Shown: positions 50,965 to 63,781 of the stretch, in pieces
How the letters are laid out: each line of letters begins with the position of its first letter
Numbering within the stretch: position 1 is the stretch's first letter
From: Octopus vulgaris
Taxonomy: Eukaryota
Assembly (NCBI GenBank): GCA_951406725.2
Contig: OX597837.1
Coordinates: 23,002,001-23,066,000, forward strand
Direction: 5' to 3'
Length of the DNA: 64,000 nt
Notes under the pieces: generated by a model
The model's input: the letters and a program-made list of their open reading frames with translations, nothing else
What the model was told of the DNA's origin: nothing
Database searches by the model: none
Made by a program: the position numbers and the translations under genes

Positions 50965-51271
50965 TCAAAATAAGCAACAAGAATAACTTTGGTAATTTGG
51001 TACGATCGTTTCGTACTACATCATTTTATTAAATGTTGTAAGTATTACAACAGATTTAAAATGATGAGTACTCAGCATTTTAAATCTGTTGTAATACTTA
51101 CAACATTTAATAAAATGATGTAGTACGAAACGATCGTACCAAATTACCAAAGTTATTCTTGTTGCTTATTTTGATTATAATCACCCCACGCATTTTTATG
51201 GATAACACCATACAGAATTCTGGTGCATCTAAATTAAGTAACATATTCATTTGAATCTAAATTTTTGCTGA

Positions 51272-51276
<5 letters not shown>
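50965..51276. mobile_element. pLTR-like element containing a 210-bp spacerless palindrome (50965-51174), in (TA)n
   Basis: Centre at 51069/51070 with one mismatch seen. Hammerhead half GAAA-CGATC-GTA at 51127-51138. Confidence 0.8.
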
Positions 51277-51313
<37 letters not shown>

Positions 51314-51670
51314 CATACAGGTTAAATATATTCCAATTCTAACTGGTGTAATAAGCTGTCTTGAATATTTTCTATACATACCTTTTGAACCCTACTTCTA
51401 AGTGTGAATGTCATCACTATTTCTGTGACATACTGTGCGTTTCTTCATTTTAATCAATACTTACCAATAATTACATCTCATGCAATTCTCTGACGAAGAA
51501 TGCACAAGTAAACATTTATTGCATTTACTATTTGGTGCAGGATTCTATATATTTCCACCCTGTCACCCCATGTGAATCTTACAAATAGAAGAAGCTTGGA
51601 TGCAGACATGCATGTAGGAACTACATACATGAAAGCTTCACAGATGCACACACTATCAGGGAGGCTGGGG

Positions 51671-51715
<45 letters not shown>

Positions 51716-51839
51716 TCTATATAAAAAATATATCAAAATCTCTGGAACCATAAATATATATATTTACACAGACAGACACACACACACATACATAGGAAGA
51801 GGGAGAGAAAGAGAGAAAATGATTTTCTTTATTATAATG

Positions 51840-52017
51840 TGTGTGTATACATATATGTATGTGTGTGTGCATATATGTGTGTGTGTAAATGTATGTATGT
51901 ATATATCTATATATATATATATATAAGTACATATGTGTGTGTATGTATATAAATATATATACATATATATAAGTACATATGTGGGTGTATGTATGTATAT
52001 ATATATATATACGTGTG

Positions 52018-52055
<38 letters not shown>

Positions 52056-52117
52056 CGTGTGGGTATATATATATATATATATATACACGTGTGGGTATAT
52101 ATATATATATACGTGTG

Positions 52118-52154
<37 letters not shown>

Positions 52155-52177
52155 GTATGTATATGTGTGTGTGTGTA
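51840..52177. repeat. (TA)/(TG) tract with repeated ACGTGTGGGT interruptions
   Basis: Seen directly. Confidence 0.9.
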
Positions 52178-52817
52178 TTGTCATGTGTTTGCTTTATATT
52201 CCTTCAAATATATTACTGCCGCTATGACAAATTCTGGCAGAATGCATTTAAATGAAAAAAACCCAAAAAAAAAAAAAAAACGGTGCAGTAAAATGTCAAA
52301 AGGTGAAAATTGACTGAGAGCCAAATTGTATGTAAAGGTTGGAGTGCAAAAAAAAGAAAACAAAAACAAAAAAGAAAACAAAAAAAAAACAAAGCAAAAA
52401 AAAAAACACCTGGAAATTATGTTTGTTTACAGTTATGGCTAAACAAATTTGAAGAAAGCACAGTTTTTCTCCTTGGAGGGCCTTCAAAAGGTCACTGATA
52501 CTACTCTACAAATTTGACAAAAACGAAGGGAAAAAAAAAATTTAAATAACTAAAAATATACATATAAGCGCAGGTGTAACTATATGGGTACAAGAAGTGG
52601 GTGTGTGGTTAAGAAGTTTTCTTCCCAATCACATGGATTTTGGTTCAGTCCCACCGTGTGCCATATTGAGCAAGGTGTCTTCTGCTATAGCCTTTGGCTG
52701 ATTGAAGCCTTGTAATTGAACTTGGTAGGCGGAGGTTACCATTGTGCATGTTCATGTGTGTGTAAGTGCTTATGTCGTATAATAAAGAGGAGGGAGAAAT
52801 ATGTATGTATATATAGG

Positions 52818-52877
<60 letters not shown>
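52818..52877. repeat. (GATA)n microsatellite
   Basis: Pure run. Confidence 0.95.
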
Positions 52878-52880
52878 TAT

Positions 52881-53207
52881 GAAGAACAGAAAATGGATTG
52901 AATGGCATTCTTATTTAAAATCACTACAGTCGTTATATCCATAGCACATTGGTGAGATGACATAATTTATTATATAATCAATCAAAGATGTAAAATATAT
53001 TTCTTCAGGTGAATATTTTAAATAAGTCCTTTGTTAGATTATTGAACAACAGACCTGAAGAAACACATTTTACACATTTGATAGATGATAGTGATTACAA
53101 AATATGTTAATTATATCATCTCAGCAATGTACTGTGCATGTAATAATGTATAGAAACAATTGTAGTGATTTTGAATAATGTCATTGAATCCATTTCCTAT
53201 TATTCAT
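52881..53207. mobile_element. Old diverged inverted pair with a long-helix-II hammerhead remnant
   Basis: Arms ~52881-53010 / 53053-53207. CTGAAGA at 53055-53061 and GAAA-CAATT-GTA at 53153-53164. Confidence 0.55.
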
Positions 53208-53941
53208 GTATTTATATAAATTCTCCAGATGCTACGGAATTCCTGATGTAACAAGATCAGGTAACAGGAGAATTTCCACTGTATGATGACATCCAGGAGC
53301 CAATAACTATGAATGAGCTTTGCATAGAATACTGCAAGGTTTTTGGCTGTGTGGTAAGAAGCTTGCTTTTCAACCACATAGTTCTGGGTTCAGTCCTCTC
53401 TGTGTAGCACCTGGGACAATTGTCTTCTACTATAGCCTTAAGCTGACCAAAACTTTGTGAGTGGATTTGGTAGATGGAAACTGTGTCTGTGTGTGAGTGT
53501 GTCACTGTAACTTAATGATTTGGCAAAAAAAACCCGATAGAATAAGTACAAAGTTTACAAAGATTAAGTCCTGGGGTCGATTTATTTGACTAAAAAGCCC
53601 TTAAAGGTGGTGCTCCAGCATGACCACAGCAAAATAAATGAAACAAGTAAAAGAATATATATATATTGTCAGTAGTTCATATATCAATTAAAAAAAAAGA
53701 AGCATACTCTAAATTATTAGAGCAATAACATATTTAGAAGGTTGTTTGGTGTGGCTGGTCAGAGAGTGACCATTAGTTTCGTACCTATAAAGTGTTTAGC
53801 TGTATAGGTGACTGGTTAGGCTCAAATGGCTGGAGGCACATTTCAGTCTGATAAGTTACCTATAACTCTAAGCATTTTATAGGTACAAAACCAACGGCCC
53901 TCTCTGACCAGAGAAAACAAACAACCTTCTAAAGATATATA

Positions 53942-55386
53942 CAGGGTGTAGCAAAGAGGATGGACGTTTTTGAAATGGTTATTACTCAGCCCCAGGGAAA
54001 GGGACATATGTCTGACAGGTACCATTTGGTCTGTGACGTCTTAGCATTTTTTTCTTTTCAGGTGAAGCCATGGCGCTGTGGACGATAAAGCATAGTGTGT
54101 TTTCCTATGACAGTTAAGTGAAGAATAAGAAGTCTGTCACAGCAGTTCAGCATGAGTTTCAGCGCCACTTCAACATTCACCGAAATAAGGCTGTTCCCAC
54201 CCATAACACAGTATTACGTTGGGTGAATGCACTTCATACATGAGGTAGACTAATGAACAGGTGACTGGCGGGGGTTGCCACAAACTGTATGGATCCTGGA
54301 AAATGTGGAACGCATCTGACAAGCTTTGATACAGAGTCCAAATCGCTCTGCTCGGAGGTATCCCACTGAACTTGGCATCAGTAATCAATTGGTAAGGCAT
54401 ATTTTGCATGAAGACCTGCATTTCTACCCAAGCAAATTGATCGTTGGGCAACTGTTGAAACCATGGGACTTATGCACAGTGGCTTAACTTTGCATGTCAG
54501 ATGGAAGCAATTTTTGAGGCAAATGACAAACTCATTTTGTTAACCCTTTCGTAACTGTATTTATTTTGAGATGCTCTGTGCTTCTTCCAATTATTTTAAA
54601 TATAACAAGAGCCAGAGCCGGTTTCAGCTGGGTTGGTAACAAAAGGGTTAATGAGTGATTATGCTCATTTTAATCTCAATGGCAGGGTGAATCAACAGAA
54701 CTATCACTATTGGGCTCTTGAAAGTCCTAGTGAACTGCACAAAAGACCACTGCACAGCCCAAAAGTGATGGTGTGGTGTGCTGTTGGAAAAGCTGCCATC
54801 ATTAGTCCTTACTTGTTTGAAGACAATAAGGAAAATGTTGTTACTGTGAACTCTGAGCATTACATCGAGGTGATAAACAACTTCTTTGTGCCTGAATTAT
54901 GATGAAAACACATGCATATTCAATGTATGGGGTTTCAGCAGAATGGGGCAATGGTCTACACAGCCAGAGCATCAATGGATGTTCTTTACCCTCTCTTTGG
55001 TGAGCACCTCATATCCAGGTTTGATGACATTCCTTGGTTCCCTCGGTCCACTGGTTTCTCCATGTGTAATTATTTCTTGTGGGGAAACCTCAAGGTATGT
55101 GTGTATGCGCATAAGCCCTGTACATTGGATGATTTGAAGGAAGGTATTCACATAGAAGTTGCCCAAATCAACAGAGCAATGCTAGAGAGAGTGGAGGCCA
55201 ATTTCCAAGAATGCCTTCAGAAATGCATCAATGAAAATGGACACCAAATGATGCATGCTTTCTACACTTGCTCTTGACAAATGCTAATTCAATATTAACA
55301 CATTGATATCAATAAAATTTGTTTGCAGCTAAAATTAATGATTTTGTGAATTTTTCAAAAATGTCCGTCCCCTTTGCCCCACCCCG
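53942..55386 (+). mobile_element. Defective Tc1/mariner transposon, DD41D (rosa/Visitor-type)
   Basis: ~34-bp TIRs CAGGGTGTAGCAAAGAGGATGGACGTTTTTGAAA, TA-flanked. LMSDYAHFNLNGRVNQQNYHYW, PKVMVWCAV, and FQQNGA...RSTGFSMCNYFLWG with 41 residues between the decayed 2nd and 3rd catalytic positions. Confidence 0.9.
54544..54647. mobile_element. Internally deleted TTAA MITE family 1 inserted in the DD41D transposase
   Basis: TTAA at 54540-54543 and 54648-54651. Excision restores KLILLMSDYAHF. Confidence 0.9.
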
Positions 55387-56637
55387 TATATATATTCAAC
55401 AGTATCAGTGCAAAGCAGTGTCTAGGCATAAGCGAACTTTAGGTTTGTTAGAATATGTTTATGACATATTTCAACTTCAAATGGCAAATTCATCACAGTT
55501 ACTGTGGAGAAAAAATTCAGGGGGGCAACACTGGGTAGATATGATGTTTTTACAGATATGGTTAGAAGAAACCAGAAAGGAAAAAAAACAATAACAATAC
55601 AGGTTTTGGGTTCAGTTCCACTGCATGGCGTCTTGGGCAAGTGTATTCTATTATATCCCTGGGCCAACCAAAGCATTGTGAGTGGATTTGGCAGAAGGAA
55701 ACTGAAAAGAAGCCTGTCATATATATGTGTGTCCCTCTCATCATCACTTGACAGCTACTGTCGTTTTGTTTACATCACCCCCCATAACTTAGCTATTTGA
55801 AAAAAAGAGGCTGATGAAATAAGTACCAGGCTTAAAAAAAAAGAAAGCACTAGGGTTGATTTGTTTGATTAAACCATTCTAAGCAGTGCCCCAGCATGGC
55901 CACAGCCCAGTGATTGAAATGAGTAAAAGATATGAATAATGGTTTTAGAGTAATAAACTGAAATATGTGCAATCAATTTATTTAGAATTAGGTTTCACTA
56001 GCAGTAGGACTAAAATTCATAAACACATCTTTTACTTAGTATCTGGAATATTCAAATTTTAAAAAAGAATGTAAAAACTAAAATCAAAATGTAAAAACTA
56101 AAATAAAATCTTTGAATAAAAACTAAATGCAATTATCAATTGATAATTTTAATCCAAATAATTTTTCCAAATCAATGAACTCTGAATTGTGTTTTTTCTC
56201 TATAAATAAATTTTGTATAAAACTGATTCAAGTAGTTCAACTGTAGTAGTTTACTACTCTCATTATGAACTAATCAAATTAACAAATCTAATTAAGCAAT
56301 ATATTTCAATATTTTTATGTAAAAGGATTTAAATGAATTTAATTTAAACTGATATAATGTAGATACCTCCTGAAAATAATTATTTGCTGATTGATAATAG
56401 TAATTATTCAGATTTTTTTTTTTTGAGTCATTAAAAAAATTAAAAATTACTGCGATGCTATAAGCACACAAAACACAAATGATTTAATTGGGGGTGGGAG
56501 GAGGATTACTTATAGTTTTTCTTTAAAATTAAATTTTGTTTTGTATCAAATGCAAATGTGAAATGTCAGTAAGGAAGTCAGTTTTACAAAAAGAAAAATA
56601 TCAAAAAAAATTTATTCTATGATATATCATCATTGGA

Positions 56638-56860
56638 AGGTGGCGAGCTGGCAGAAACGTTAGCACGCTGGGCGAAATGCTTAGCAGTATTTCGTCTGCC
56701 ATTACGTTCTGAGTTCAAATTTCACCAAGGCCGACTCTGCCTTTCATCCTTTCGGGGTCGATAAATTAAGTACCAGTTACGCACTGGGGTCGACGTAATC
56801 CCTTTGTGTGTCCTTGTTTGTCCCCTCTATGTTTAGCCCCTTGTGGGCAATAAAGAAATA
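56638..56860 (+). mobile_element. SINE family B
   Basis: Full-length copy. ATATATCATCATTG on both sides suggests a TSD. Confidence 0.9.
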
Positions 56861-57234
56861 GATATATCATCATTGCTATATCATATAAAAAGCACTCATA
56901 TCTGTGTCATGAAAAAGGCAGCCATGCAGGTGCCATGTGAAAAGCATCCATGCCAGCACCACATAAGAAGCACCTGTGCTGGCACCATGTAAGTATCACC
57001 CATGCTGGTACTACATAAGTAGCACCTGTGTCAGTGCCATGTAAAAAACACCTGTGATGTCATCATATTAAAAAAACACTCAGTATACACTGTTGAGTGG
57101 TTGGCATCAGGAAGGGCATCCAGCTGTTGAAACCATGCCAAAGGCTTAACATGTATTCACGGATGATAAGTAATGAAGTACACCACCCAACTGTATGACA
57201 GTGATGCTCATCTATGATATATGTGTGTGTGCAT

Positions 57235-57480
57235 GGAGGCACGTGACTTGGTGGTTATGGTGTCAGCATCATGATCGTAAGATTGTGGTTTCGATTCCTG
57301 GACTGGGTGATGCATTGTGTTTTTGAGCAAAACACTTTATTTTATGTTTCTCCAGTCCACTCAGCTGTCAAAAATGAGTAATGCTGCAATGGACTGGCGT
57401 CCCGTCCAGCTGGGGAACACATACGCCATAGAAACCGGGAAACCGGGCCCATGAGCCTGGCTAGGCTTTAAAAGGGTGTA
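57235..57480 (+). mobile_element. SINE family D variant
   Basis: tRNA-like head with GGTTTCGATTCC B box. Confidence 0.75.
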
Positions 57481-57671
57481 TTTATTATTTTTTATTTTAC
57501 ATGTGTGTGAGCATGGATGTGTTTGAATCTCTGTACCTCTGTGATGGTTGTAGGTGATTGTCATTGTCACATAAGCAGTGTACTTCAATCTTCGGTGAAA
57601 ACAAGCCAAGCCATGTTGAAATATTATGTTGTCTGGAAACAGTGTGTATGTATATATATATATATATATAT

Positions 57672-57881
57672 AGTTAATCCAAACATGAAAACACAAAGAG
57701 AAAACGCAACACGCGAGGACGTGGAACAAATATAGTATTATTGGACGCTCAGGAAGGAAGGGAAGGAGGGTTTAACGTTTCGAGCAGAGCTCTTTGTCGG
57801 AAACATAGGAGAAGGAAAGATCCAGAGAAGGGAAGACAGTGGGAAAAAAATCACCAACGGTCCACATGCGGTCACATTTTG

Positions 57882-57884
<3 letters not shown>
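57672..57884 (-). mobile_element. Family H2 hammerhead-bearing element in (TA)n
   Basis: Homologous to 36233-36444. Fold at 57770-57804 with core CCGACAA (G8 mutated). Confidence 0.75.
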
Positions 57885-57939
<55 letters not shown>

Positions 57940-58554
57940 AAAAAAAAGATTGGAGATCTACACAAATCAAATTTTTATATATAAAAGATGGAGGTGGAAA
58001 TAGCACGGAAGTAAATCCAACATTTCAATTTACAAAGAATTTAATAAAATGATTTTAAAATTATATAAAGAAAATATAGAATATTACATGAATGACCATG
58101 GGATTGCACCTAGAAAGTTCCCTTCTGAGGAATAAGTCCAGGCCAAGTTGTTTCTGGAAGACCAGCAGTCACCCATGCATACCAGGCTCCCCTCTTCATG
58201 CCACCAATGCTGTCCAGGGGAAAAGGCAAAGGCTTGGCACTGGTGACATTGCAACTCATTTCTACAGCTGAGTGAACTGGAGCAACATGAAATAAAGCGT
58301 CTTGCTCAAGAACACAACACTCAGCCCAGTCCAGCAAACATACCTTCATACTGAACCACGTGCCTTCATAGAGGGTAATTATACAGTTATATAAATAAAG
58401 AAAACACAGAAAGAAACAAAGGGAGAAGACAGAGAGATAGAAAGAGAAGGGATGTTGGAAATAATTGAGGTTTCTTCATCTACCAAGGCTAAATCAAGTT
58501 TTTCAAGGTTTAAATTTTAAAAATTAAATATGCAACAGAAAACTTCAATGCTAA

Positions 58555-59186
58555 CCCTTTAGCATTCAGACTACTACATCAAATGTAATGTTTATTTATT
58601 CACATTGTTCTTAATTAATCCTACATTATCTTAATAGCTTCAAGATTTCAATGGTGTGATTTTACTTTTATCTTTTACTTGATTGCAGCCATGCTGGAGC
58701 ACTGCCTTGGAGGGTTTTAGTCAAACAAGTCAACCCCAAGACTTTCTTTTAAAGCCTGGTACTTATTCTATCAGTTTCTTTTTGCGCTGAACCGCTAAGT
58801 TACAGGGACATAAACACACCAACACCACTTGTCAAGCAGCAGTGGGGGACAAACACAGACATAAAGACACATGCACATGTAGATATATACATACATACAT
58901 ATTTTTATATATATATATATATATACGATGGGCTTCTTTCAATTCCCATCTACCAAATACACTCACAAGGCTTTGGTTGGCCTGAGGCTATAGAAGACAC
59001 CTGCCCAAGGTGCCACAGTGGGACTGAACCTGGAACCATGTCGTTGAGAAGGAAGCCACACCTGTGCCTGATTGTACATTATTATAATGATATTGTAGGG
59101 TAGGTGTGAGAGGTTAGATCTGGCCAGTGTGAATGCAACAGGTAGAATATTTGGGTTGGATATGGCTGGTTTGAAATGCTAAATGA
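58555..59186. mobile_element. TTAA MITE family 2 interrupted by a minus-strand family A SINE (~58662-59070)
   Basis: ccctttagcattcag start and aaatgctaaatgattaa end. Confidence 0.72.
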
Positions 59187-62100
59187 TTAAGGAACTCGGG
59201 TGAGATAAATGAATAGAGTACCATCCTAGTGCTGGGGTCATACACAAGGGCCCCAGTGACCCACTGCACGGTTTCTATTATCTAACCATAAAGCCAGTGC
59301 TCTACCGGGCACTCTATTCCAAATTCCATTTATATTCCTCTTGATATTGTCCCCAAGGTACTATCTTTACCTTCTTCATTTTCTATAGCTGGGCTATTTC
59401 ATATTATTATTAATCAATTATTATTATTATTATTATTATCATCCTCATCATCATTTAGAAATTAGGCGAAGTTAAGCAGCAAGAATGAAATCTCTCCAAC
59501 TGTAGACATAATGACAAGTCAAAGAGGGGACATGATTTCAATATCGTTAAGCTGGCAATAAATTAATACTTTTTCCACTCAATTGACTGTGACTTAAAAT
59601 TTTAATTATGTCATCATTAAAAGACAGTATTATATGGTCTAAGTGAGTGTACTAAATCCAGGTTTCATTATTTTCAAACCCATTTAATCCATTTTAATTG
59701 CCATAATAAACACCATTAAGCTTAATTATTAGTTACAATTTACAATTATTCTTTCTCTTCGTTTTCACAAATCTATATTTAATAAACAGATTAAAAAAAA
59801 AATTCTCAAGAAAATTGATTCCTAAGAATTATGGTTTTAAGAAAAAAAAAAAGAGAAAAAATACGAGAGATTAATTTCAAAATGATGATTTGGATGATGA
59901 TGATGATAACTACGATGATAATTGCCAGTAGAGCACTGAATAAAAATAATGAATTTCTTGGTATAAGCCAATAAATTTAATCAGGAAACGGAATGAGATT
60001 ATGTGGCATTCATGACTTTAAAAGTGAATCCATGGTGTAAGTATGGTAAATCTGTTTCAGTCAGCAACTGAAAAAAGCAATTTTTACATAGGAGAGAGAG
60101 AAAGAGAAAGAGAGAGAGTTTGCCTCTCACACCAAATCAAGATAACAACAACAACAGAGAAAGAAGATGAAAATATTTTTCAAATCATATTAGAGCGGAA
60201 AGATTCCTAACAGCTAAAAGGTTTAATCAATGGTTAAGATCAGCTAGAAACTGATGTGTTGCAGATTATGTGTTCATGTTGATATAATCTCGAGTGTTTA
60301 GGCTATTAGCTGAAATGTTTGTATACTTGTAACCAAAGATGATGGTGTAATACGTTGTTAAACAATACCATTAGTAATACTACTTGTTATTAAAAAAAAC
60401 AGGTCAATAACAAAATACCTTTAAGATTACTGATATTTATTTATTTATGGGCAGTGTTAAACAGATACGTAGTAATTTACCTTGATAGGGCTTGAAATTA
60501 TGAACTATAACAGTTATTTCTTAGAGACACAAGGGGGTGAGAGACAAATTTTTTTTATTTTTATCTTTTATTTGTTTCAGTCATTAGGCTGTGGCCATGC
60601 TGGGGCAACACTTTGAAGAATTTTAATTGAACAAATCATACCCTGTATTATTTTTCTTTTAAAGTCTGATACTTATTCTATCAGTCTCTTCAGTCGAACT
60701 ACTAAGTTACAGGGATGTAAACACACCAACACTACTTGTTAAATGATGGTGGGGACAAAGACATATACAAAACATATATGTCACTTTCTGTGACTTTTCG
60801 TGTTTTAATCCAAAATGGAGATGAACACCAATGTTCCATATGATAGGCTTGATGACTGATAATTGTAGAGGTATTCCTTAACATGAAACAAATGGTAGCT
60901 TTAAAACACAAATAAAGAATTTTTATCCACCAATGCAGTGTTGAGTACTCATTCTCGGTGTTCAATATTTACACACACACACACACACACACAATGGATG
61001 AGTTCCTTCAAGCACTGGGCCTCAGGGAGGCAAAGTGGCTGAGTTCCTTTCAAGTGCTGGGCCTCATGGGAGTAATGACTGAGACCTTTGTCATGCTTGA
61101 GAAGAAGACCCTTGAAGGTGAGCAAAATCGCAGTCATAGCAGATACTGGTGTCATGCAAATAGCACCTGTGCCAGTGACATGTAAAAGCACCCATTACAC
61201 TCATAGCATGGTTGGCATTAGAAAGGGCATCCGGCCATAGAAAGCTATGCCAAATCAGACTGGAGTCTGGTTTAGTTTTCCAGCTTACCACCCCAGGTCA
61301 AACCATCCAAGCCATGCCAACATGGACAATGGATGTTAAATGATGATGATGATATATATATGAAAGGCTTCTTTCAGTTTTTGCCAGCCAAATCTACTCA
61401 CAAGGCTTTAGTTGGCTTGAGGCTATAGTAGAAGACACTTGCCTAAGGAACACGCAGTAGGACTGAACCCAGAACAATGTGGTTGGGTAGAAAAACATTT
61501 TAACATACAGTCACACCATCTGCACCTATCAAAAAGTTTTTTAAATTCTTATTTATTCATTGGAAGGAAAAAGATGCATATATCCAACAACATAACTGAT
61601 AATTTATGGATGCTAGAATGGGATGAAAAGCAAAGTCTAAGCTTTTTGTCATAAATCCATTCCTTTCCATGATACTTTACAGTAATTTTAAATCAACTGC
61701 ACTATCTGATTTTAAGTTTGGTCCTGTATTTTATTGATCCAAGATGAGTAAAATGCCAAGTTAACATTAGCAAAATCTGAACTCGGAAGAATATAAAGGA
61801 ACTAAACTTGGTTCTGGTCTTATGCTGATTTATAACCCTTTCTGCTATAGGCACAAAGCCTGAAGTTTTGCAGGAGAGAGCTTGTTGTTTACATTGACTA
61901 GCAGTGCATAGCTAGTATTTATTTCATTGATCCCAAAGGATGAAAGGCAAAGTCAACCTTGGCAGAATTTGAACCTGGAACATAAAGAGGAACAAAATGC
62001 CACTAAGCATTTTGTTTGGTGTGCTAACAATTCAGCCAGCTCACAGCCTTATAGGGAGCTGAGTGTGTGGATGGCTTAGTGAACAGATAAACCAATTAGG

Positions 62101-62789
62101 TGGTTGGAAGTTCATATCCTGCCACAGTGAGTTGCTATCCATGGACAGTCCAGAACTCTTAACAAGGTAGGAACAACTTGTTGCTTCTAACAATAGGGAC
62201 AAAACTAAAACCACACCAATCTCTTATGTAGTCTCATATCTTCAGTACAGCAGAGTAATTTCCCTGAAATATCACCCTGCAGTCTCCAGAACTCTAACTA
62301 CAAACAACAAGACCTAAAAACCATCAAGATTACAATACTGTATTGGCTGCCAAGAAACAAAATGAATTAAATAAATGAATGAAAAAAACAAAACAAAGAC
62401 AAACCATAATCATAATTAACAGTAAAGGATTAATTAAGATAAGTAAAGATTTAAATAATATAACGGATAAGTTGGAGATTAGTAAAATTGATTGGTTTGA
62501 TGTAACAGATACTAGATGTATAATAAAAATCAAGTATTGCACTAGAAACAGCTTTGTAATATAAACACTTCAAATATCTCATACTTAACATGTGTATGTT
62601 GTTTAAAAGCCAGAAGATGTGGCTTTTTTGTTCAGGAAAAATTCCTTTAAAGACACACAGTAATAAGAAGCACAGTATAACTCAAGGTTGGGTGAAATGA
62701 AATTGTTCCGAAAGTGAAAGCGAGAGTGGCAGATACAGTATTTTGTTGTAATTGCGGCTTATCAATGCTGTGTACTTTTTCTTTTCTTT

Positions 62790-63187
62790 TTTTTTTACTT
62801 GTTTCAGTCATTTGACTGCGGCCATGCTGGAGCACCACCTTTAATCAAGCAACTCAACCCCGGGACTTATTCTTTGTAAGCCCAGTACTTATTCTATTGG
62901 TCCCTTTTACCGAACCGCTAAGTGACGGGGATGTAAACACACCAGCATCAGTTGTCAAAGCAATGCTAGGGGGACAAACACAGACACACAAACATACACG
63001 CACATACATATATATACATATATACGACGGGCTTCTTTCAGTTTCCGTCTACTAAATCCACTCACAAGGCTTTGGTCGACCCGAGGCTATAGTAGAAGAC
63101 ACTTGCCCAAGGTGCCATGCAGTGGGACTGAACCCGGAACCATGTGGTTGGTAAGCAAGCTACTTACCACACAGCCACTCCTGCGCC
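62790..63187 (-). mobile_element. SINE family A
   Basis: Full-length, young reverse-complement copy. Confidence 0.9.
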
Positions 63188-63725
63188 TCAGTTCAGAAAC
63201 AAAATTAGATTTGCTAATATGGAGTATATACACATAATATATAAACTATTTGCTGATTTGCAATAGTGTTGCATAAGTAGAATAAATTCAAATTATGCAA
63301 TGGAAGCAGCTCTCTAATGCAAATATTATCAATATCACATACTTAATGCACATGTGTTGTTTAAATGCCAGAAACAGCAATTTTTTTTTTGTCTTAGAAA
63401 GAAATCCCTTTAAAGATGCATAGTGTTAATAACAATATACTTCACAGTTAGGCAAAATAAAACCACTCTAGAAGTGATCATGAGGGTAGCAGATATCGTA
63501 TTTCACTGCATTTGGGCCTTGTCAATGCCACATACTTGTCTCACTTCAGAAAGGAAATCAGAATTGCTAGTCTGAGTGAGACCAGTCAGCTCTGAGTAAC
63601 AGAGGCCATTATAGTGATGGTAGAAAATGGAAAGAGAAGAGGCAGTACACCTAGGGAAACAGAGGCTGGAATGTGTCTATGAATGGTTTTTGCTTCAAAT
63701 TAAGTGGCTTTTCTTTAGATGCCGT

Positions 63726-63727
<2 letters not shown>

Positions 63728-63778
<51 letters not shown>
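63728..63778. repeat. (GA)n microsatellite
   Basis: Pure run. Confidence 0.95.

Positions 63779-63781
<3 letters not shown>

Noticed and set aside
51490-51530. CTGACGA hammerhead box
   Set aside because: No GAAA or helices downstream.
51672-52313. IY/YI-rich ORFs
   Set aside because: (TA)n/(TG)n microsatellite translations.
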